Shown here one piece after another: positions 55,136 through 64,000 of a stretch of DNA of 64,000 nt. The number at the start of each line of letters is the position of its first letter. Position 1 is the first letter of the stretch. Below the pieces are notes generated by a model that saw only the letters and a program-made list of their open reading frames with translations, was not told the DNA's origin and made no database searches. Origin of the DNA: the human T2T-CHM13v2.0 reference genome, Homo sapiens; assembly GCF_009914755.1 (NCBI RefSeq), contig NC_060931.1. The stretch is one strand, 5' to 3'. Made by a program: the position numbers and the translations under genes.

Positions 55136-58100
55136 CCTTACATATATATGTAGTACTTCCTGGAATAGCCTGAGAAAGAAACATTTAGGAAGACTCAATA
55201 TAATTATTAATACAATTTCTGGCTCTGATTTTGATGAGCCAGATATTTTGATGTTCATTTTGATGCAGTCTGCCATGCCTGGAACACCAGGTCATATGGT
55301 ACATATGACTTGGTTAAAGAAGAGATTAACCAATAAGAGAACTTTGGCAGGTAAGAACTATTTTGCCATTAAAAACCATGAAGCTGTAACAACGTCTCAA
55401 AAGCTCCCTTGGTGCATTTTATTAATTCTTTCTGCTCATTACTAGGCTTGGGATGATGAAGACCTGACCCTTGACTTGCCAATAGCTAACTTACGGGGGA
55501 GTTGGGAGAATTGCTGTGCTTTGGCATGGATGCCCCTGACTTCTGATCCGAGCTCCTCCACCTGCTAGCTGAGGGATATTGGACAGTTCTGGACTGATTC
55601 TGTATCTATGAAATGGGGATGATTCCTGTCACGCTGTTGCTGTAAAAAACAAAATATAGAAACACGGAATGCTGTTCTTGGCATGGAGATTTCAAACTAT
55701 TGTTCAGTGAACACCTACTATGTGCTGACATCCCAATGCTACTTGAATCTTCTTATTTTCAGCATTTGGTCAGAGCTCATGTCCCATTTTTAAGATGATT
55801 TGTTCTACAAAATCATAGAATGTTTGACTTTTAAAGCTTCTTATAGCCCCTCTTGCCCAGTGATTTTTGGACTTTTGTTTTAGTAACGTAAACCCCTTTT
55901 CCAAAGGGCACGTCTTTTCCAAGATTGGCATGTGAAGGTGGTGAACGTGCTGGCTTAGTGCCCCTGAGACGTGTCAGCAGAGCCCCAGGGCATGGGGGAG
56001 CCCAGCTCACAAACCACACATCTAATTCAGCAGTCTAATCTTGCACAGGAGTAAAACCAAGCTCAGAGAGGTTGAGTAAATTACCAAAATCATGCAGCTG
56101 GCAAGCTGCAAATTCAGAACACAACTCCCTCCTTTTTTTTTTCCTCCAAATCAAGCAATCCTGAGTGAAACGTGGGAAATATAATATGCCAAGAAGATTA
56201 ACACGAAAACTGTTAACTGGCAGCTGCAAAGGAAATAAAGGAATTAGATAATATGAATGGGTTAACAAATTCTCGCCTGGAGGTCAGTTAAGAAAAGGTT
56301 TGTGTCCTCCAGGTAAATCAAACCTACTGCGGTTTTTCCTCTTCACATCTCATGGACAAACACAGCCATTTCTTCTTTTTATTGCACCAGTGCTGGATGC
56401 ATGAGGTTGTTCGTAGCAATCTGTCATATTTGAGTAATTCGTTATTTAATGAGTTGCTTTTGAAACAAGGAAAATAATGAGGATGTTACCGTTGTGTATC
56501 TCCCCAATTTTTAAAAGGAAGCAACAAATAGTAAATTATGCATGCTTTGGAAGTATGCAGTAGTTAATTTTCAATCTCATCTTACAGCTGAATAACCTCA
56601 AAGGTAGTAGTTATACAACAGGTGTGGGAATATGTGAGTGTGAGGGAGAGGAATCCCAGGACATCACCTGTACACATTGGGGGTTTGGCCCAGCAGGGCT
56701 TCAGATGTTGAAACATCTGGAAATTTTATTTGCTCACAAGCTTAAAATGAACCAAAAGTATGTTGCTTATTAACACTTTTGAGGATCTGATGAAAGCCAT
56801 AGGACTGCTTGCCAGAAAAATCCCTACAATTTTTTGAGTTCCTAAGGTTCACATTCCCTTCATTTCTGTCTGTGGACTCCAGGTTGAGCGTCTCTGTGGT
56901 CACCATGGTCCCCAGCAAGCTAGCACAGTCTTAAGACACATCAGTAGGAATGTACTCAGTGCTCAAAGCTTACATAGATATTGACCAGCAGCCATCACCT
57001 CTGGGGGGCTGTGCTAGGGAGGCACAGCATGTAGAAGAGGCTGGAATGGGCCAGGGAGAGTGGTAAGGGAGCAATGGGTAGGAGATCCCAGAAGTGGTAG
57101 GTAATGGACCGTGATCCATGTCAGGTGATTAAAGGCTAAAGGAATATGGTTCTGTCCTCAACCACATGGTGGCCTCAGCCTGGGATACATGACTGTGTCT
57201 TCCTCCATAGGGGTCAGTTTAACTAAGAACCCCAAGTATTGAAGACCTCAAGACTTTAATATGGTACTTCCTGTACCTTGACACACATATATAAGCTTCT
57301 GAAGGACACAAAACATGCCACGTTACTTGTTGTATCTCTGACGCCAAGCACAATGGTGACCCACTTGCTTGTGTGCTAAATGAATCAGTGAGTGAATGAA
57401 TTGTGTCCTCCTCTCTAAACCTCCTCTACTGAGTTATACACAAAGTTGAGGGTCTGTGGTTTTACTATTTATTCATCGAATGAACCATTGAACAAAGTAA
57501 TCAAATTTTCAGAGCCCTGTAGAGAAATCAAATCTCCCTCTGAATTGCTAACTCACCTTGCTTTCCCTATTGTTTAAAGTGTCATAGCCACTCTTCCTTT
57601 CCCAACACTCCACCCTCACCTGTCCTACCCAAAAACATTTCTCTGCTACAGAAGCATGAACTATTCACTCCAGCCACCAGCCATGCATCAACATTCAGTC
57701 TTGCTGTGATTCATCTCCATAAGATAAGTGAATATTCTCTCATTTACCAACTGTATAGATAAGAAAACCATCAGAAATCAAAGAACTGTTGAAAAATGGG
57801 CATTTTACATCACCAAAGCCCTTTTTTGTTGTTGAAACAGAAGCTTCAAGTCTTCTCCATCCACTGAAATGAGTTGTTGAAGTGGAAAAGTAAGTTCTAA
57901 TTGAACCACCTTCTCCGATGCAGAGAAAAAGCAGACTTGAACAATTGGGTTGATCTTCTATTTCTCAGGTTGGAGAAGTGCTTTGAGGAAAGAAAGATGG
58001 GGAATCAAGATCAGAGGAATGCAAAGTTCTGGAATGTTTGCCTCAGTTGCCCTCTACTGGGTCTGGCTTGGGGAAGTTTGTAGAACTTTTTAATGAGTCA

Positions 58101-58598
58101 TTGTAGGTTCAGGAGAGATTTCAGATGTGGGGGACAGGGTGAAATGCTTTCTTACACAGAAGTGAATGAGTTAGTGAAACTGTAGCACGTACAGTTTGGG
58201 AGAATGGGGGCAATGGGGGGATTGTGGTACGGGAGAAGGAGCACCAGCCTGGGATTCAGACAGGTCTGAGTTTAAATTCCAGCTCTGGCACTTGCTAGGT
58301 AGGCAGCGTTGGACAAGTTGGGTAACCTCAGTTTCCACCTTGAGCAAGTGCTTGACTAATAACAGCTGTGACTGTTACCAGTATGGTAATTACAGTATCC
58401 CAAGGTGTAAAGAAGCAGAAGCATGATTATATGAGTTGGGTCAAAGATTTGGCTGTCTCCCTGTCCCCCCACCAATCTGGCTACAGGGCAGACTTTGCTA
58501 AATAGACACAGATTTACTTCCAATGAAGTGGGTTTGCTGCACTGAATAAAGTAGTTTACTTTTCCTTCACTGCAGCTGTGCTTGAAATTGGACAGAAA

Positions 58599-58753
58599 GC
58601 CAGGTGTGGTGGCTCACGCCTGTAATCACAGCACTTTGGGAGGCTGAGGCGGGCGGATCATGAGGTCAGGAGATTGAGACCATCCTGGCTAACATGGTGA
58701 ATCCAGCCTGGGCGACAGAGCATGACTCTGTCTCAAAATAAATAAATAATAAT
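58599..58753 (+). mobile_element. AluY-like with large internal deletion
   Basis: Left-arm start joined at 58701/58702 to the last ~33 nt of the right arm; perfect TSD aaattggacagaaa at 58585 and 58754. Confidence 0.92.
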
Positions 58754-59174
58754 AAATTGGACAGAAAATAAGATAGAGTTGTAGCAATTAGTCTGCAGTT
58801 TTTGACTTTATTAAATTCACTTAGACATGTGGCTGCACCATTATGCTAAGGTACCTGAGGCTCTACTATGGTGTATTCATTGTCGAAAATGTGTTTGCGA
58901 TGTAGATACTTCTTTCACCTAGTTCTATAGTGATACTATTGGGAATCTGAAGTTGTCAAGCAGCTAGTGTATATAATTGCATGTAAAATAGACTGTATTT
59001 TGTACTTATTGAAATCTAATGGTGATACTTGGTTTTAGATTACTGAATGTAGATTCTGAAGAATTATGGCCCCAGTAATGAATGGATGTGTAATTAGAAT
59101 TTTTATCATTATTCTGTAACATCTCTGCTGAAAATTTCAGGTTTATATAATTGTTTTGGCTTGGCTTGAAACAC

Positions 59175-59240
59175 AAATTATACTTAAAGTAACAGACAGT
59201 AATTGAGAAAATTATACTTAAAGGAACAGACAGTAATTGA
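59175..59240. repeat. Two-copy 34-bp tandem duplication
   Basis: aaattatacttaaagKaacagacagtaattga at 59175 and 59209. Confidence 0.9.
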
Positions 59241-60778
59241 ATCCAATAAAAACACCAAAGAAGATCAAGATTGCTGTGAGTGGAGAGTCTGGCTTGTATA
59301 TTTTGCGAACCTCATGGCTTGAATGACATATTCTCAACAAATGCATGCCAAGTAAAGAAAATACTGACTTTATGTTTTTGATTCAAATATTCATTTCATG
59401 AAACTCCAAATAACTTTTAGTGATATGGTAGTTTATGTGTTGATCCAGTGTTTTAAATTTTAACAATATACAGAGAATTCCTAATTACACTGGAGATTTT
59501 GAAATTTTCAAAAAATAAAATTTTGTATAAGCTTTACCCTGTGAGGGAATCCTCACTTCTGGTCTCAAATCAGCTAGTGTTGGGCATTGAAAATATTCAC
59601 AGAGATTATGTATTAATTATATAGTTGTACTTAGAAATGTATATGAGAGTTGTTAATGACATAGGACTCAATATTCGTCTCCCTCGTTCTCACTCTTTGT
59701 ATGCTTAGGAATGCCAATTACTTCCTCACATTATCCTGTAAAGAGGTATAATCGATTTAGAGATAATGAGAGTGACCTAGGGAAAAAGTTATTAAGCCAC
59801 AAATCAATTACACCCTATCAACCACACCCTCACTTGCTCTCCCCACCTCTCTTCCAGCCCCCAAATACCAAGACCAAAAGCTTGGAATCACTTCATGGAA
59901 AGTCCTTTGAAAATGATTTGTACACTGATAAAACTTCTTGGAAACATAAATCCCTTGACTGATACTTGTTGAGCAAGTTAAAGATGTCCCAGTTCACACC
60001 TATTGCAACAGAACCAGAAATCACTGAAAGAGGCTAAGTTGTACCCGTAAGTTTGGAATGCAGAGCTGGGTTTCTGTCCTTTGTTATTCAGGATGTATTT
60101 CTTTCTTTCTTGGGCTCAGTAAGTAGAGTGTAGTAACAGTGTAATAGCATTTGTGTTCCCACCTTCCCACACTATACCCCACCCCCCCCAAGCCATGGCA
60201 TGAGCTTATATGTTAGAGAAAAAAGAAACAGCTTCGGAGAACCTGGCCATTCGAGGGCCATGCTGTCTGGTAGCTTCTGTGTTGGCAGTGAGGATCATTG
60301 ATGTGGGTGATGGGCTTATGCCCAGGCATGTGTGTTCTTCATCCAGCCTACCCTCCTCTGCGGTTCTGGTTTAGAGTGTGTTGGTTTGGGGCAGTGTGAT
60401 GATCTTTATGTGGCCCCCAGGGCCAGCAGCAGGAGGTGTCTGCCATGTCAGGGGAGAGTAATGAAGTCTGGACACCATGGAATGCCTGTGTGCAGCCTCT
60501 CTGCGCTTGTCCTCATGAACTTCTCCAACAGTCTTACTGATTTTTTTACAACAAAAATTATACCTAATGATTATCTATTTCATGTACAAACACAAAGACC
60601 ATTTTACTGTTAGGATTGAAATAAAACTTTTTTTGTCTTCAAATTGTTTTGCTCTAACACAGGCGAGATTTTTATTTTTAAAGACAAGGTTAAAACTCTT
60701 TTTCTCTGCATAATTTCAGTGTCTAGAATAGAGTAACAGTCCTGCTTTATATTTGTATAACGCTTAGCACCAGTGCTA

Positions 60779-61463
<685 letters not shown>

Positions 61464-61855
61464 TTAAGAAGAAACAGATGGAAATGATTTTACCATGTAT
61501 TTTATTTAATCTAATATCTCAAAAATCTATTATTCCAACATAGAAGCAATATAAAAATTGTTAATGAAATATTTTACGTTTGTTTTTTCCACTCCGAGTC
61601 TTTGGAATGGCATGTGTGCTTTACACTGACGGTGCCTCTCACTTCAGGCCGGCCCTGTGTCCAGTGCGGTCTCCATAAAGGACTCTGGTGTCCAGAAGTT
61701 CCCATGGCCGCTCCATTCCGTACTTGGTTTTCACAAAAACTGTCTCCTACCTTCTAATGTCCTCAATTCTACAGGAAAATGAGAATCATCTCCAGACAGT
61801 AGAAACTGTATCCATAATCCATATTATGAAGAGATAAAATAGCCAATTGTACTTT

Positions 61856-62203
<348 letters not shown>

Positions 62204-62469
62204 TAGTAATTTTCTAGAGTTTTAGAGGAGGTAGTGTTTATTATTATAAATATTTGCTGAGAACTTTCTGAGCAAAGGGTACTATTTATTCTATATAAAT
62301 ATGTACTGAGCATCTGCTAGTTATTTAACAGACTTCTAGGCACAAAGGATCCAATGGAAAAAATAAGAATATTCATATTTAACAGCTTCTTTGTGCTCTA
62401 GGCATTGATTATTCTCTGCATTGATAGAATTTACACTTGCAGCTTTCACCAAAGAAAATGTTCCACAGT

Positions 62470-62675
<206 letters not shown>

Positions 62676-62881
62676 AAATGCTATAATTTTACAAAACCTG
62701 CTCTCCATGTATCCCTCTCTACTCTCCTTAAGATGAACACTGGGTCTGGGGTGCAGGGGTGCCACAGCTGGAGTTGAAGAGGAAGTTAGGAGAAGGCTAG
62801 GAACCATCACGGAGATTTTTCACCCTGGTTCCTTCATTATTACTTGTTGGGGATCAGTGAAGATTAGAAATTGATGATGGC

Positions 62882-63536
<655 letters not shown>

Positions 63537-64000
63537 CTAAAGTTATGTGTCCACCTCTAGAGCAGCCACCTGGCCTGGGGACGAAGCAGTATGAGCCCAC
63601 ATTCTGAGTTGTAAAACCCCACAATTAGGAAATAGACTTAAAGTGCTCCCATCACATTAGGATGCAATGTGCATTTTTGTTTGTAGAAGCTTGTTCTCCA
63701 TTTCTTCTTATTTGGGCAAAATAAGCTCAGTTTGACTAACTCTGCCATCTCTAACCCAGACCCCACCATGCTCTGACACTTTGACAAGCACACTGGATGG
63801 GCAAAAGAGTCAACTACCGAAGGAAGACAATTTTCGTTTGGTCTAAAACTTTATACCTGTGATATTCTGTGCCATGGAGAGACTCGTGCTTAATAATTCA
63901 CTTTCCAATGATCTTAGGCAATGTAGAAGATTACAAATACTGTGAGACCTGAACTCCTCCTTCAGGGAACTTAACAGTTTTCAGTGGCGGGGGAAATAAG

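Overview
Primate (very probably human) genomic DNA: Alu/L1/L2/MIR/MaLR/DNA-transposon-rich and almost entirely intronic. The one recognisable coding piece is a 57-nt first exon at 46873-46929 (+) encoding MTTAKEPSASGKSVQQQEQ. I recognise it as the N-terminus of the short isoform (DPPX-S / isoform 2) of DPP6, the Kv4 channel auxiliary subunit at 7q36.2. It sits in a CpG island and ends in a phase-0 GT donor. Nearly all ORFs in the supplied track are artefacts of Alus, L1 or simple repeats. I see no novel multi-gene system. Best leads: (1) a second, phase-0-compatible candidate first exon ~650 bp downstream (47587-47661, ending RGEGGK|gtgagt), resembling the paralogous DPP10 d-type N-terminus; (2) a pure (CCCCAG)10 G4/i-motif hexamer in the promoter, ~70 bp from the recalled c.-340C>T arrhythmia site; (3) a UG/UGCAUG cluster right after the donor and a strong-Kozak minimal uORF; (4) unusual retrotransposition products (5'-inverted Alu, 5'-inverted L1, internally deleted Alu, two Alus at one target site); (5) likely polymorphic tandem repeats. 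Repeat subfamily names come from remembered consensus sequences, and boundaries of old elements are approximate.
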